From positions 34,727 through 98,726 of the forward strand of contig CADBCT010000001.1 in assembly GCA_902793315.1 (NCBI GenBank): a stretch of 64,000 bases of DNA. Reading direction: 5' to 3'. Of this stretch, positions 49,253 to 59,791 are shown one piece after another. This DNA comes from an uncultured Erysipelotrichaceae bacterium (GTDB taxonomy: Bacteria > Bacillota_I > Bacilli_A > RF39 > UBA660). The notes under the pieces are model-generated. The model was not told where the DNA came from. It saw nothing but the letters and a program-made list of their open reading frames with translations, and ran no database searches. A program made the position numbers and the translations under genes. The stretch's first letter is position 1; the number at the start of each line of letters is the position of its first letter.

Positions 49253-49286
49253 AATACATTTAGAATAAAATATATAAGGTGATAGA

Positions 49287-49814
49287 TTGAGTCTCTTTAT
49301 ATATTTTTTTGTTGGTCTAAGTTTAAGTGTAGATGCTTTCTCAATTGCCTTAGCTTTAAGTGCTAGTACTGGTGGAAAGGTAAATTATTTACTACCAATT
49401 ACTGTTGGTATATTTCACTTTATAATGCCTATTATAGGAAGTTATATTAGCTTACTTTTTATAAATATATTGCTTGATAAGGCAAATACGATAATTGCAA
49501 TAGTTTTTTTAATTTTAGCTCTTGAGATTTATCACTCTAAAGATACACAGAAGTCTTTAATAATAGATAATATATTAACAATTATTATTATTTCAGTAAC
49601 AGTAAGCCTAGATAGCTTATTAGTAGGTTTAGCACTAAGTCTAAAAGAAATTAATATTTATGTTATGTCTTTTATATTTTCTTTAGTTAGTAGTACTTTA
49701 ACTGTAATAGGAATTAATATAGGAGTAAAATTAAAAAATCGCTATCATAATTTAGCTAATTACGTTGGAATTGGTATTCTAGTAGTCCTAGCAATCAAAT
49801 ATTTTGTAAGCTAA
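49287..49814 (+). CDS. mntP: Putative manganese efflux pump MntP family membrane protein
   Basis: 175 aa, 6 TM. N-terminus MSLFIYFFVGLSLSVDAFSIALA matches the MntP/DUF204 signature (SxDAFxV/I). Confidence 0.6.
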   Translation: MSLFIYFFVGLSLSVDAFSIALALSASTGGKVNYLLPITVGIFHFIMPIIGSYISLLFINILLDKANTIIAIVFLILALEIYHSKDTQKSLIIDNILTIIIISVTVSLDSLLVGLALSLKEINIYVMSFIFSLVSSTLTVIGINIGVKLKNRYHNLANYVGIGILVVLAIKYFVS

Positions 49815-49876
49815 TATTTGACGACAAATATTAGGATAATTTGGCTATTTAATTGACAAAGAAAGACTAATTTCTT

Positions 49877-50734
49877 ATGATTAACTTGGGTGATTATGTG
49901 TTAGTAAATTTTAATGAAATGCTTTTGAAAGCTAAGAATGAAAAGTATGCTGTACCACACTTAAATATTAATAATTTAGAGTGGACAAAATATATATTAG
50001 AAGAATGTCAAGAATTAAGTATTCCTGTTATTTTAGGAGTTAGTGAAGGAGCTGCTAAATACATGGGAGGATTTGAAACTATTGTTGGAATGGTAAAGGG
50101 ATTAATCAAAGACAAAGATATCCCAGTATGCCTACATTTAGATCATGGTCAATCATTTGATAGTTGTAAGGCTGCTATTGATGCAGGATTTACTTCAGTA
50201 ATGATTGATGCTTCTAGATTAGAATTAGAAGAAAATATTAAAACAACAAAAGAAGTTGTAGATTATGCTCATGCTAGAGGAGTATCAGTAGAAGCTGAAG
50301 TAGGACATATAGGTGGAACCGAAGATAATATTACATCTACTGAAACTAACGCTACTTTAGATGAATGTAAGGCTATTTATGAAGGCACTGGTATTGATGC
50401 TTTGGCGCCAGCACTAGGAAGTGTTCATGGATTATATAAGGGAGAACCAAATTTAGATTTCGAAAGGATGGAATTAGTTAATAAAGAACTACCTATTCCA
50501 TTAGTATTACATGGAGGTAGTGGTATTCCAGATGATAAAATAAAGAAAGCAATAGAATGTGGAACTTCAAAGATAAATGTTAATACTGAGTTACAAATAG
50601 CTTGGACTGCTGCAGTAAGAGAGTTTTTAAATAAAGACAGTGAGTCATATGATCCAAGAAAAGTAATTGGTAGTGGGGAACAGGCAATAAAGGATAAAGT
50701 AAGAGAAAAAGTAACATTATTTGGAACAAAATAA
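49877..50734 (+). CDS. fba: Class II fructose-bisphosphate aldolase
   Basis: Aligns to B. subtilis FbaA ([23 protein letters not shown]...). Metal ligands HLDHG, HG (HGLYKG) and HGGSG. True start may be GTG at 49898 (MLVNFNEM), preceded by GGGTGA. Confidence 0.9.
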   Translation: MINLGDYVLVNFNEMLLKAKNEKYAVPHLNINNLEWTKYILEECQELSIPVILGVSEGAAKYMGGFETIVGMVKGLIKDKDIPVCLHLDHGQSFDSCKAAIDAGFTSVMIDASRLELEENIKTTKEVVDYAHARGVSVEAEVGHIGGTEDNITSTETNATLDECKAIYEGTGIDALAPALGSVHGLYKGEPNLDFERMELVNKELPIPLVLHGGSGIPDDKIKKAIECGTSKINVNTELQIAWTAAVREFLNKDSESYDPRKVIGSGEQAIKDKVREKVTLFGTK

Positions 50735-50751
50735 GATTTCAGGAGGTTAAT

Positions 50752-52008
50752 ATGAAAGTAATAGAAATAGAGGGAGCAAGACAGCTAAGTGGAGCCATTA
50801 GAATTAGTGGTGCTAAGAATGCTACTGTAGCTTTGATACCAGCTGCTATTTTAACAGATGAAGAAGCTACTATTTGCAATGTGCCAGAAATAACAGATAC
50901 AGATGCTTTATGTGATATTTTAAAGCAACTTAGTGTTAATGTTAATCGTTCAACAGAAAGCCTAGTTATTAATCCTCAAAATATGAAAAATGTTGAAATA
51001 AAAGAGGAATATTCTAAAAAATTAAGAGCTTCATACTATTTTATGGGAGCCTTACTGGGAAAATTTAAAAAAGTAGTTATGCATTTTCCTGGAGGTTGTT
51101 CAATAGGTGCTAGACCAATTGATCTACATTTAAAAGGTTTTGAAGCATTAGGAGCAAAAGTAACTAATGAAAAGAATAAGTATACCGTTGAAGCGAAGGA
51201 ACTAAGAGGAGCTAATATTTATTTAGATATAGCTTCTGTAGGAGCAACAATTAATATTATGTTAGCAGCCGTAAAAGCTAAAGGAACAACTATAATTGAT
51301 AATGCTGCTAAAGAGCCAGAAATTGTTAATGTAGCCACATTTTTAAACTTAATGGGTGCTAAAATTACTGGCGCAGGTACTTCAACAATTAAAATTGAAG
51401 GAGTAGATAGATTAGGTAAGTGTTTTCATGAAGTAATACCTGATAGAATTGAGGCTGGTACATATATTATAATTGGTGCATTATGTGGTCATAATCTAAA
51501 GATTGATAATGTAATTCCTGAACATATAGATTCTTTATTATCAAAATTAGAAGAACTTGGATTACATCTAGAGATAGGAGCAGATTATGTTATTGTTTTA
51601 GATAGTCCAAAAGAATTAAAACCAACTAATATTAAAACAGCTGTCTATCCAGGATTTGCTACTGACTTACAACAACCTTTTACAGTTTTGTTGACTAGAG
51701 CTAATGGCAAATCAAAAGTAGAAGAAACTATTTGGGAAAATAGATTTATGCATGTGCCATATTTAAATAAATTAGGAGCAAATATAACTGTAAAGAATCA
51801 AACAGCTATTGTTCAAGGACCAACTGAATTAAAAGGGTGTGAAGTAGTTGCTACTGACTTACGAGCAGGAGCAGCTATGGTAGCCGCAGGACTTTTAGCT
51901 GAAGGAAAGACAACTATTACTAATGCTGAACATATTTTAAGAGGATATGAACAAATAGTAGAAAAATTAAAATCTGTAGGTGCTAAAATAGTTATTAAAG
52001 AAATATAA
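50752..52008 (+). CDS. murA: UDP-N-acetylglucosamine 1-carboxyvinyltransferase
   Basis: 418 aa EPT family. Active-site Cys region (FPGGCSIGARPIDLHLKG), KNAT motif at the N-terminus. Confidence 0.92.
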   Translation: MKVIEIEGARQLSGAIRISGAKNATVALIPAAILTDEEATICNVPEITDTDALCDILKQLSVNVNRSTESLVINPQNMKNVEIKEEYSKKLRASYYFMGALLGKFKKVVMHFPGGCSIGARPIDLHLKGFEALGAKVTNEKNKYTVEAKELRGANIYLDIASVGATINIMLAAVKAKGTTIIDNAAKEPEIVNVATFLNLMGAKITGAGTSTIKIEGVDRLGKCFHEVIPDRIEAGTYIIIGALCGHNLKIDNVIPEHIDSLLSKLEELGLHLEIGADYVIVLDSPKELKPTNIKTAVYPGFATDLQQPFTVLLTRANGKSKVEETIWENRFMHVPYLNKLGANITVKNQTAIVQGPTELKGCEVVATDLRAGAAMVAAGLLAEGKTTITNAEHILRGYEQIVEKLKSVGAKIVIKEI

Positions 52009-52042
52009 TAAAATAGTTATATTTCTTTTTTTATGGAGGCCT

Positions 52043-52729
52043 ATGAATAGATTAATAAAGTTAATTATCTTAATAATTTTAAGTTCCTCAGTTTATTTTA
52101 TTTATAATATTACTAAGGATTCTAAAATAAATGTTTTAACCTTAGGAGATGGACTATGTGAAGGCATTAACTCCTATGGAAATAAAGGATATGGTTATAG
52201 CGATTATTATTTAATTGATTCATCAAAAGAAAATGTTAGTCTAGTAAAAGAATGTTCAAAAGATATGTCAGTAGATAAAATGAATGTTTTAATTCAAACT
52301 GATTCAAAAATAAAAAAGAATTTAAAAGAAGCTCACAATCTAATAATAAATTTAGGTTATAATGATTTACTGTATAAGATGAGTATTGCAGAAGACTTAA
52401 ATATTTATAAAATGAATTATATTATTAATAATATTGAAGATAACTACAATAATTTAATTACTGAAATAAGAAAGTATTATAGTAATGAAATAATAGTAAT
52501 AGGATATTTTAAATCTAATAGTAATAATCAATATATTAATTACGGAATAAAGAGATTAAATAGTTATTTACAAAGCAATAAAAATATTAATTATATTGAT
52601 ACATATTATTTACTACATAACTCTGAAAAATACTTTTCTAATCCAAATAGTTATTATCCAAATAGTCAAGGTTATATAGAAATAGCAAATAAAATCAAGA
52701 AAAAACTTGAAAAAGACAAAAAAATTTGA
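52043..52729 (+). CDS. SGNH/GDSL-like hydrolase family protein (signal-anchored)
   Basis: N-terminal hydrophobic anchor. LTLGDGLCEG is a GDS(L)-like block near the N-terminus. 228 aa. Confidence 0.45.
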   Translation: MNRLIKLIILIILSSSVYFIYNITKDSKINVLTLGDGLCEGINSYGNKGYGYSDYYLIDSSKENVSLVKECSKDMSVDKMNVLIQTDSKIKKNLKEAHNLIINLGYNDLLYKMSIAEDLNIYKMNYIINNIEDNYNNLITEIRKYYSNEIIVIGYFKSNSNNQYINYGIKRLNSYLQSNKNINYIDTYYLLHNSEKYFSNPNSYYPNSQGYIEIANKIKKKLEKDKKI

Positions 52730-52791
52730 TATATTAATAACGCATTTGATTACTATGACAAGTATTTTGTCATGGCGGAAGGAGAGATAGT

Positions 52792-53004
52792 ATGAAAAAA
52801 GATATACATCCAGAAATTAAGGATTGTAAAGTAACTTGTGCATGTGGAGAAACTTTCACTTGCAAATCAACTAAATCAGAAATAAATGTTGAAATTTGTT
52901 CAAAATGTCATCCTTTTTACACAGGAAAACAAAGTAGAGCTTCACGTGCAGGAAGAGTTGATAAATTCAACAAGAAATATGGATTTACTAAAGAAGCAGA
53001 ATAA
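52792..53004 (+). CDS. rpmE: 50S ribosomal protein L31 (type A, zinc-binding)
   Basis: [11 protein letters not shown]...CACGETF...[10 protein letters not shown] is canonical L31 with a CxxC...CxxC motif. Confidence 0.93.
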   Translation: MKKDIHPEIKDCKVTCACGETFTCKSTKSEINVEICSKCHPFYTGKQSRASRAGRVDKFNKKYGFTKEAE

Positions 53005-53045
53005 TCTGCTTTTTTTGTGTTATAATTTAGGAGAGATGATTTAAT

Positions 53046-53960
53046 ATGAGATTGTTAGAAAGAAATAATATTACAATTGAAAGTGAACAAGAAATACCCG
53101 AAAAATATCGAGAACAAGTTTTACAAAATATAACTGAAGAACTACCAGAAATAGGTGAAGAAAGAATTGTTCCTGGAGAACTAGGAAACTCTTTTGATTC
53201 TAGAGTAGAACTAATAGATGTATTTAGTGATACTGAAAACTTTTACTTTTGTCATGGTACAACTGGTAATGAAGAAGTTATAGACTCAATTATGAAGATT
53301 GGATTGAATGTTAAAAATCCTAGTGATATTTCCGGCTATGATTCTCATTTAAGAGGATTGACTAGTACTACTAAAGTTTATGGGGAAGGGAATTCTGAAT
53401 TATTTTTAGAACAAGAGGAAGAATTGAATAATTGGCCTCATAAAGAAGCAAAAACTATTGTAATAGTTTCATTACCAAAAAAATATTGTTTTTCTAATGG
53501 TGAAGTATATTTTCAACATGATAATTATGAGCAATTCTACGTAGGAAGTGTTCATGAAGGTTTTTATCTTAGACCAGAATTTATTATAGGAATCTATGAT
53601 GCTTCTACGCATTCTTTTAAGCCTAATCGCAACTTTTATAAAAATTTATCTGTAGAAGACCAAGCTAAATTATTTGCTGAAATAGATGAAAGATACATTA
53701 GAGCATATGCTAAAAATGCTCTTGTTAATCCAGAAACAAAAGAACTTCCTATAGATAAGTCAAAAAGAGATATATTAATCGTTGAATGGTATAAAGAACA
53801 AGTGAAAAAGTTAAGAGAAAATGAATTTAGTCAATCTGAACAATTAACAGAAATGTTTGAAGAAAATAATCAAAGCAGTACACCATCTCTTGATATAGAA
53901 TGGACTGATGATTGGGATGATGACTGGGAAGATACTAGTTCGACTAGTAATCGCAAATGA
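53046..53960 (+). CDS. Hypothetical protein with Trp/Asp-rich C-terminal tail
   Basis: 304-aa ORF with coding-like composition. C-terminus DIEWTDDWDDDWEDTSSTSNRK. No recognisable family. Confidence 0.35.
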   Translation: MRLLERNNITIESEQEIPEKYREQVLQNITEELPEIGEERIVPGELGNSFDSRVELIDVFSDTENFYFCHGTTGNEEVIDSIMKIGLNVKNPSDISGYDSHLRGLTSTTKVYGEGNSELFLEQEEELNNWPHKEAKTIVIVSLPKKYCFSNGEVYFQHDNYEQFYVGSVHEGFYLRPEFIIGIYDASTHSFKPNRNFYKNLSVEDQAKLFAEIDERYIRAYAKNALVNPETKELPIDKSKRDILIVEWYKEQVKKLRENEFSQSEQLTEMFEENNQSSTPSLDIEWTDDWDDDWEDTSSTSNRK

Positions 53961-54008
53961 TTTACTGCCAGTTTTATTCATGTTATAATTAATTAAAGGA
54001 GAATGATT

Positions 54009-54458
54009 ATGAAAATAGCTATTGCCAGTGACCATAGAGGTTATAAATTAAAAGATTATTTAATAAATGAATTAGAAAAAGAATATGAAGTTATAGATTT
54101 AGGTACTAATTCAGAAGAATCAACTGATTATCCAGACTATGCTTTTATGTTAGGAGAAGCTGTAATTAGTGGAGTAGCAGATTTTGGAGTAGCTATTTGC
54201 GGATCTGGAATTGGTATTAGTATAGCTTGTAATAAAGTAAAAGGTATTCGTTGTGCAAAAGTATCTAATTCAGAAGAAGCAAAATATACTAGAGAAGATA
54301 ATGATGCTAATATAGTTGCTTTTGGAGAAAAAACTAATAATAAAGAAGCTTTAGAAATAGTAAAAACATTTATTAATACACCATTTTCTAATTTAGAAAA
54401 GCACCAACGAAGAATAGATAAAATAACTACTTATGAGGAGCAAAATAATGACAGGTAA
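54009..54458 (+). CDS. rpiB: Ribose-5-phosphate isomerase B (RpiB/LacAB family)
   Basis: MKIAIASDHRGYKLKDYL, active-site region GVAICGSGIGISIACNK. Start at the second ATG, 8 nt after GGAG. Confidence 0.88.
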   Translation: MKIAIASDHRGYKLKDYLINELEKEYEVIDLGTNSEESTDYPDYAFMLGEAVISGVADFGVAICGSGIGISIACNKVKGIRCAKVSNSEEAKYTREDNDANIVAFGEKTNNKEALEIVKTFINTPFSNLEKHQRRIDKITTYEEQNNDR

Positions 54459-54645
54459 ATTTTTTCTATATATAATAGTAACTATCTTAGTGATTTGGTC
54501 ATTAGATTCTGTTAATATTAATAAAATATTTAAAAAGAATAAAGTCTTACAAGCAACTGTATTTTATTTTTTACTAGGGGTTTCACTAATCTACTTAGTA
54601 ACTAATTTTCTAATGGATTTATTCACTTCAATAAAATTAATTTAA
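54433..54645 (+). CDS. Possible small two-TM membrane protein
   Basis: 70-aa ORF with two hydrophobic helices. Overlaps the rpiB 3' end. Weak evidence. Confidence 0.25.
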   Translation: MRSKIMTGKFFLYIIVTILVIWSLDSVNINKIFKKNKVLQATVFYFLLGVSLIYLVTNFLMDLFTSIKLI

Positions 54646-54695
54646 AAAGAGTATAAAACTCTTTTTTTTGTTCAAACTTATACTGAGGTGATAAA

Positions 54696-55328
54696 ATGAC
54701 CAAAGAAAGGTTAAAACTGAGATATGTTCCATTAACAATCTTTATATTAGTAATGATTCCTATTATTACACTTGTTGTATTATTTAATGCTAGCTTAAAA
54801 GAAAAAACTGATGTAGATATAAGTAAAGATAACGAGATAATAGAAAGTACTTTGCCTGTAATTAATACCACTATTAAACCAATTGTTCCTTACACTGATC
54901 AAACTGTTAAGATAGGTAAAACATATTATGATTATCTAGCTGAAGAAGCATCTCAAGAAAATGCAATTATAAAGCATGACAATACATATATCCAAAATAC
55001 TGGAATAGATTATGTAGGGAATAATATCTTTGATGTAGTAGCTATCCTTGATGGTACTGTTGAAAAAATAGTAGAGGACGATTCTACAGGTAAGACTATT
55101 GAAATAAAACACGGTGATAATAGTATTTCTATATATGGAAGCTTAAGTGAAATAATAGTTAAAAAAGGTGATACAGTAAATCAAGGGCAACAAATCGGTA
55201 AAAGTGGAACTAATGAATTAGACAAAGAAATGGGAAATCATTTACATTTTGAAGTATATAATAATGGACAAAATATGAATCCAGAAGTATATCTAAATAC
55301 TGAACAGAAGATTAAGGGAGAAGAATAA
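54696..55328 (+). CDS. M23 family metallopeptidase, membrane-anchored
   Basis: N-terminal TM. LytM-domain motifs HxxxD-like (IKHGDN) and HLHFEV. Confidence 0.65.
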   Translation: MTKERLKLRYVPLTIFILVMIPIITLVVLFNASLKEKTDVDISKDNEIIESTLPVINTTIKPIVPYTDQTVKIGKTYYDYLAEEASQENAIIKHDNTYIQNTGIDYVGNNIFDVVAILDGTVEKIVEDDSTGKTIEIKHGDNSISIYGSLSEIIVKKGDTVNQGQQIGKSGTNELDKEMGNHLHFEVYNNGQNMNPEVYLNTEQKIKGEE

Positions 55329-55410
55329 TTCTCTCTTTTTTAATAAAAGATATATTTTTATTATAAATGAATAAAATTATGGTAAAATAATTAATGGAAG
55401 GAATGATGTT

Positions 55411-56406
55411 ATGTCAGCAAAAGATATTGGTATAGATTTAGGTACTGCTAATGTGTTGATTTATGTAAAGGGTAGAGGGGTTGTTCTAAATGAACCTAGC
55501 ATTGTTGTAATAGATACTGAAACTAAAAGTGTTATAGCTGTGGGAAATGAAGCAAAAGAAATGCTAGGCAGAACTCCTGGAAAAATTAAAGCTATTAAGC
55601 CAATGAAAGATGGAGTTATTGCTGACTTTGAATTGACTGAAATAATGTTAAATTCATTCATAAAAAAAATAAAAGCTCGTAATTTATTCTTTAGACCAAG
55701 AATATTAATTTGTTGCCCTACAAATATAACACCAGTAGAGAAAAATGCTATTAGGGAAGCTGCCGAACAAACTGGGGCTAGAAAAGTATATATTGAAGAA
55801 GAACCAAAAGTAGCTGCTATTGGAGCTGGGATGGATATTTCAAAGCCAACAGCTAATATGGTTTTAGATATTGGTGGAGGAACTACTGATATTGCAGTAT
55901 TGTCATTAAATGGAATTGTTTCATCATCATCAATTAAAACTGCAGGAAATACTTTAGATCAGGATATCATCAAATATATTAAAGAAAAATACAAACTATT
56001 AATTGGTGAACAAACAGCAGAAGATATAAAAATTAATTTTGCCAATGTTTATAAACCAAGTAAAAAAGAAAAACTAGAAATAAAAGGAAGGGATTTAATT
56101 ACTGGGCTTCCTAAAGCTATAGAAATAAATCAAGAAGAAACCAAAACAGCTATGACTGAAGGAATTAATAAAATCGTTAAAGAATGCAAAAATGTTTTAG
56201 AAAAGACACCACCAGAATTATCCGCAGATATTGTGGAAAAAGGTGTAATACTAACTGGAGGAGGATCTCTTTTAACAGGTTTAGTAGAAGTTTTAGAAGA
56301 AGAATTAACAATACCTGTTTTAATTGCAGAAACACCACTTACATGTGTAGCTGAAGGTACAGGAATTCTATTAAACAATATTAAGCTACTTGAAGAAGAC
56401 CAATAA
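55411..56406 (+). CDS. mreB: Rod-shape determining actin homologue MreB/Mbl
   Basis: IGIDLGTANVLIYVKGRGVVLNEPS, phosphate-1/2 and adenosine motifs (DIGGGTTD). 331 aa. Confidence 0.92.
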   Translation: MSAKDIGIDLGTANVLIYVKGRGVVLNEPSIVVIDTETKSVIAVGNEAKEMLGRTPGKIKAIKPMKDGVIADFELTEIMLNSFIKKIKARNLFFRPRILICCPTNITPVEKNAIREAAEQTGARKVYIEEEPKVAAIGAGMDISKPTANMVLDIGGGTTDIAVLSLNGIVSSSSIKTAGNTLDQDIIKYIKEKYKLLIGEQTAEDIKINFANVYKPSKKEKLEIKGRDLITGLPKAIEINQEETKTAMTEGINKIVKECKNVLEKTPPELSADIVEKGVILTGGGSLLTGLVEVLEEELTIPVLIAETPLTCVAEGTGILLNNIKLLEEDQ

Positions 56407-56451
56407 TATTGGTTTTTTTTTCTTCTTTTGATATAATTCTATTAGAAAGAA

Positions 56452-57540
56452 GTGGTTATTATGAAATTACAAGTACTAGAAGCATCAAAAATAGTATTAG
56501 TAACATTTGCTTTTTCAGCTATAATAATGTTTTTAATGAAAGGAATAGCTAATCATATTGGGGCTCTAGATGTTCCGAGAACAGAAGAAGGACATAGACA
56601 TATTCATAAGAAAATTACTCCTAAATTAGGAGCTTTAGGTATTTTCTTAGCTTTTCTTTTTGGATATATGCTCTTTGGAGAACAAAGTGTTAGAATGAAT
56701 TCTATTTTAATTGGTAGTTTTATTATTATCTTAACAGGTATTATTGATGATGTTAGACCAATCAGAGCTAGTTATAAAATACTTGGACATTTAGTAGCTG
56801 CTATGGTAATAGTGTTTTATGGAGGAATATTACTAAATAATATTACTGCTTTTGGATTTACTTTTGACTTTGGTATATTAGCTTATCCAATTACTATTTT
56901 ATTTATAATTGCTTGTACAAATATTATTAATTTAATAGATGGTCTTGATGGTTTAAGTGGTGGAATTTGTACTATTTTCTTTATTACTATTGCAATTATC
57001 GGATTTTATCAAGGAAGAGCAGGAAGTTTAGTAATGGTTTTAACTTTGATTATGTTAGGATCTACATTAGGATTCTTATTACATAACTTTTATCCAGCTA
57101 AAATATTTGCTGGAGATTGTGTAACTTTCTTAGGATTTATAATTGCTGTTATTACTCTATTAGAGTTTAAAGGACCGGCATTAATTTCATTCTTTGTACC
57201 GGTTACAATCCTAGGAATTCCAATCTTAGATACATTATTTGCTATTATTAGAAGATTATTAAAAGGGCAACCTCCTTTTAAAGCAGATAAAGAACATTTA
57301 CATCATCAATTATTGGGTATGAATTTTTCTCAAAGAACTACAGTATTAATCATTTATGCAATCAATATACTATTTGCTGCAGCTTCTATTTTCTATACAT
57401 TAAAAGATCCAATAATTGGACAAATACTTTATATAATTATCTTTATTATAGTAATGTGGTTTGTTCTACATACAACAATTATTTATGATAAAAGCAATAT
57501 AAAGCAAAAAAATTTCAAAAAACTATTTCATAAAAGATAA
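56452..57540 (+). CDS. tagO: Undecaprenyl-phosphate N-acetylglucosaminyl-1-phosphate transferase (TagO/WecA, MraY-like GT4)
   Basis: Polytopic membrane protein. IDDVRPI-type DDxxD (IIDDVRP), NLIDGLDGL, FYPAKIFAGDCVTFLGF. Strong similarity to B. subtilis TagO throughout. Confidence 0.82.
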   Translation: MVIMKLQVLEASKIVLVTFAFSAIIMFLMKGIANHIGALDVPRTEEGHRHIHKKITPKLGALGIFLAFLFGYMLFGEQSVRMNSILIGSFIIILTGIIDDVRPIRASYKILGHLVAAMVIVFYGGILLNNITAFGFTFDFGILAYPITILFIIACTNIINLIDGLDGLSGGICTIFFITIAIIGFYQGRAGSLVMVLTLIMLGSTLGFLLHNFYPAKIFAGDCVTFLGFIIAVITLLEFKGPALISFFVPVTILGIPILDTLFAIIRRLLKGQPPFKADKEHLHHQLLGMNFSQRTTVLIIYAINILFAAASIFYTLKDPIIGQILYIIIFIIVMWFVLHTTIIYDKSNIKQKNFKKLFHKR

Positions 57541-57562
57541 AGAACACAAAAGTGTTCTTTTA
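57541..57562 (+). terminator. Terminator after tagO
   Basis: AGAACAC-AAAA-GTGTTCT followed by TTTT. Confidence 0.55.
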
Positions 57563-57605
57563 AAGTGTTTTAAATAATGATAAAATATTATCGGATGTGT
57601 GAGAA

Positions 57606-58334
57606 ATGATAGAATTTATAATATGTGAGGATGAGAAGGATTTCAGAACTAAGTATGAAAATATTTCTGAACAAGTAATGATGAATTATGATTTAGAATA
57701 TAAAATTACTAGTTTTAGTGAGTATTCTTCTAATTGGAAACAAAAGATTAATAACAATAATTTTAAAATATTTATTTTAGATTTAAAGACAAAGCAAGGG
57801 TCTGGATTAGATGCAGCTAGATATATAAGAGAAGAGCTTGATGATTGGCAATCTATGATTATAATTATTACTGCCTATCCAGAATATAAATATGAAGCTT
57901 TAGGTAAAAGATTAATGCTCGTTGATTTTGTCTATAAATTAGATGATTATGAAAATAGACTGAGAAATGCTATTAAAATAAGTTTAAAAAATTTTGATAA
58001 AAGGCCTAATAAATTGAAGTATACTTATAAAAAAGTAGTTTATAATATTGATTATCAAAAAATAATATATATTGAAAAAGAACAAGATAATAAGAGATGT
58101 ATTATAAAAACTAATGATAAGAATTATTATATTCAAGGTAATTTAAATCAAGTAGAAAAATTGTTAGACAAAAGATTCATCAAGTGTAATAGAAGTTATA
58201 TAATTAACTTAGAACAAGTGGAATCATATAACACTAAATCTAATATATTGACTTTCAAAAATGGCAAAACATTATATGCAGTATCTAGAAATAAGAAGAA
58301 GGAGATAGTTAATCATGTTAGAGGTGTTAATTAA
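57606..58334 (+). CDS. agrA: LytTR-family response regulator (AgrA-like)
   Basis: Receiver domain (IFILDLKTKQGSGLDAARYIR) plus C-terminal LytTR DNA-binding domain (YIEKEQDNKRCIIKTNDKNYYIQGNLNQVEKLLDKRFIKCNRSYIINL). Confidence 0.75.
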   Translation: MIEFIICEDEKDFRTKYENISEQVMMNYDLEYKITSFSEYSSNWKQKINNNNFKIFILDLKTKQGSGLDAARYIREELDDWQSMIIIITAYPEYKYEALGKRLMLVDFVYKLDDYENRLRNAIKISLKNFDKRPNKLKYTYKKVVYNIDYQKIIYIEKEQDNKRCIIKTNDKNYYIQGNLNQVEKLLDKRFIKCNRSYIINLEQVESYNTKSNILTFKNGKTLYAVSRNKKKEIVNHVRGVN

Positions 58335-59616
58335 TTTTATCTGTGCATTTATCCTTGTTTTAGCAGGCTTCTATATTATTAAAAAAATTACTGGTAGTAA
58401 TCAGAAAATATCACTTAGAGTGATAGGTTATTTGTTACTTAACAGCAGTTTAATTGCTATAGTTCATTACTTAAATTATAGTTTTATATCACTAATGTTA
58501 AATTTTATTATTAATACTTTAACTTATAAAGGTATTTTTAAAGTTTCCCTTGAAGAAGCAGTAGTTCAAACAGGTATTTTAACTATGTATTTATTGATAT
58601 TTGATACTATATTTGTAATTATTCAAATAAATGCAATACCACTAAAAGTAGTTCAAAATAATATATTAGTTTATTTAATTAGTAATATATTAGTAGTTCT
58701 CATGACTTATTTATCTATTCAAATTAGTTTCATTTATAAAAGATTGAGAAAATTTTATCAAGTATTAGTAAATAAAGATTTAAGATTAAATATGATTTTC
58801 ATTATTTTGATAATTATAACTGCCTGTGGAATTCTTTATAGTTTTATAATAAATAATAAGTTTAATCTTAGGTTTTATACAGATTTAACAGTAATAGCAT
58901 CATTATTAATTATAGGAATAATATTTATTAAAAATAAGGATGTATATAATAAGTTATCCTCTGAATATGATATTTTATTATCTAGTGTTCAAAATTTTGA
59001 AGATTGGATAGAAAAAGAACAATATTTAAGACATGAATATAAAAATCAATTAGCTATTTTATATGGAATATCTTCTGAAAAAGAAGTAAAGAATAAAATA
59101 CAAGAAATAATAGATCAGAATCTTGATATTAATAATGATGTTGTTAAACAATTAAGTATGTTACCTAGAGGAGATTTAAAAGGTATTTTACATTATAAAA
59201 CTATTGTAGCCCAAAAACATAAAATAAAACTTACAGTTGATGTTAGTATTCAAGATAATGGTATTATTAATAAACTTGATAAAAAAGAAATAAATACTTT
59301 AGCTAAGCTAATCGGTATTTTTTATGATAATGCAATTGAAGCAGCTGCTGAAAGTAAAAAAAGAATTGTTCTACTAGAAATATATGAATTGAAAGGTAGA
59401 GTTAATTTTGTAATATCAAATACTTTCAAAAAGAATAGTATTATTAATAGTCAACATGAAAGGGGAATATCTTCTAAAGGTAAAGGTAGAGGAAATGGTT
59501 TATATTTTGCTAATAAAATATTGAATAAAAACAAGTGGATTATTGAAAAAAATGAAATTATTGATAATTACTATGTTGAGACTATTACAGTAATCAAAAA
59601 CACTTCTAAAAAATAG
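58315..59616 (+). CDS. agrC: AgrC-like sensor histidine kinase (HPK10 family)
   Basis: N-terminal 6-7 TM sensor module. His-box region (EYKNQLAILYG), GHKL ATPase with G-box GRGNGL. Overlaps the agrA-like gene by 20 nt. Confidence 0.75.
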   Translation: MLEVLINFICAFILVLAGFYIIKKITGSNQKISLRVIGYLLLNSSLIAIVHYLNYSFISLMLNFIINTLTYKGIFKVSLEEAVVQTGILTMYLLIFDTIFVIIQINAIPLKVVQNNILVYLISNILVVLMTYLSIQISFIYKRLRKFYQVLVNKDLRLNMIFIILIIITACGILYSFIINNKFNLRFYTDLTVIASLLIIGIIFIKNKDVYNKLSSEYDILLSSVQNFEDWIEKEQYLRHEYKNQLAILYGISSEKEVKNKIQEIIDQNLDINNDVVKQLSMLPRGDLKGILHYKTIVAQKHKIKLTVDVSIQDNGIINKLDKKEINTLAKLIGIFYDNAIEAAAESKKRIVLLEIYELKGRVNFVISNTFKKNSIINSQHERGISSKGKGRGNGLYFANKILNKNKWIIEKNEIIDNYYVETITVIKNTSKK

Positions 59617-59621
59617 AAGTG
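59601..59621. terminator. Bidirectional hairpin terminator between convergent agrC and agrD
   Basis: CACTTCT-AAAAAAT-AGAAGTG with T-runs on both strands (TTTTTATT on plus, TTTTTGATTA on minus). Confidence 0.6.
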
Positions 59622-59627
59622 TTTTTA

Positions 59628-59750
59628 TTAATCTAGATTTAAACTAGTAGCATTTGGTTCATCAATAACAAGCCAAATACATCCCATGCTAGCAGCTCCA
59701 GTAGCAAGTACTGCTACAGCAGCTAATAATTTAGCTAATCTCTTTTTCAT
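59628..59750 (-). CDS. agrD: AgrD-like autoinducing peptide precursor (40 aa), not in ORF track
   Basis: Minus-strand ORF MKKRLAKLLAAVAVLATGAASMGCIWLVIDEPNATSLNLD. Strong RBS AAAGGAGGT 6 nt upstream. Amphipathic leader, Cys followed by 4 residues (CIWLV, thiolactone ring size), then an acidic DEP recognition tail as in AgrD. Lies 41 nt downstream of agrB on the same strand. Confidence 0.7.
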   Translation of the reverse strand: MKKRLAKLLAAVAVLATGAASMGCIWLVIDEPNATSLNLD

Positions 59751-59791
59751 AATATACCTCCTTTACTATATGCCAAAATATTAAAATATTT

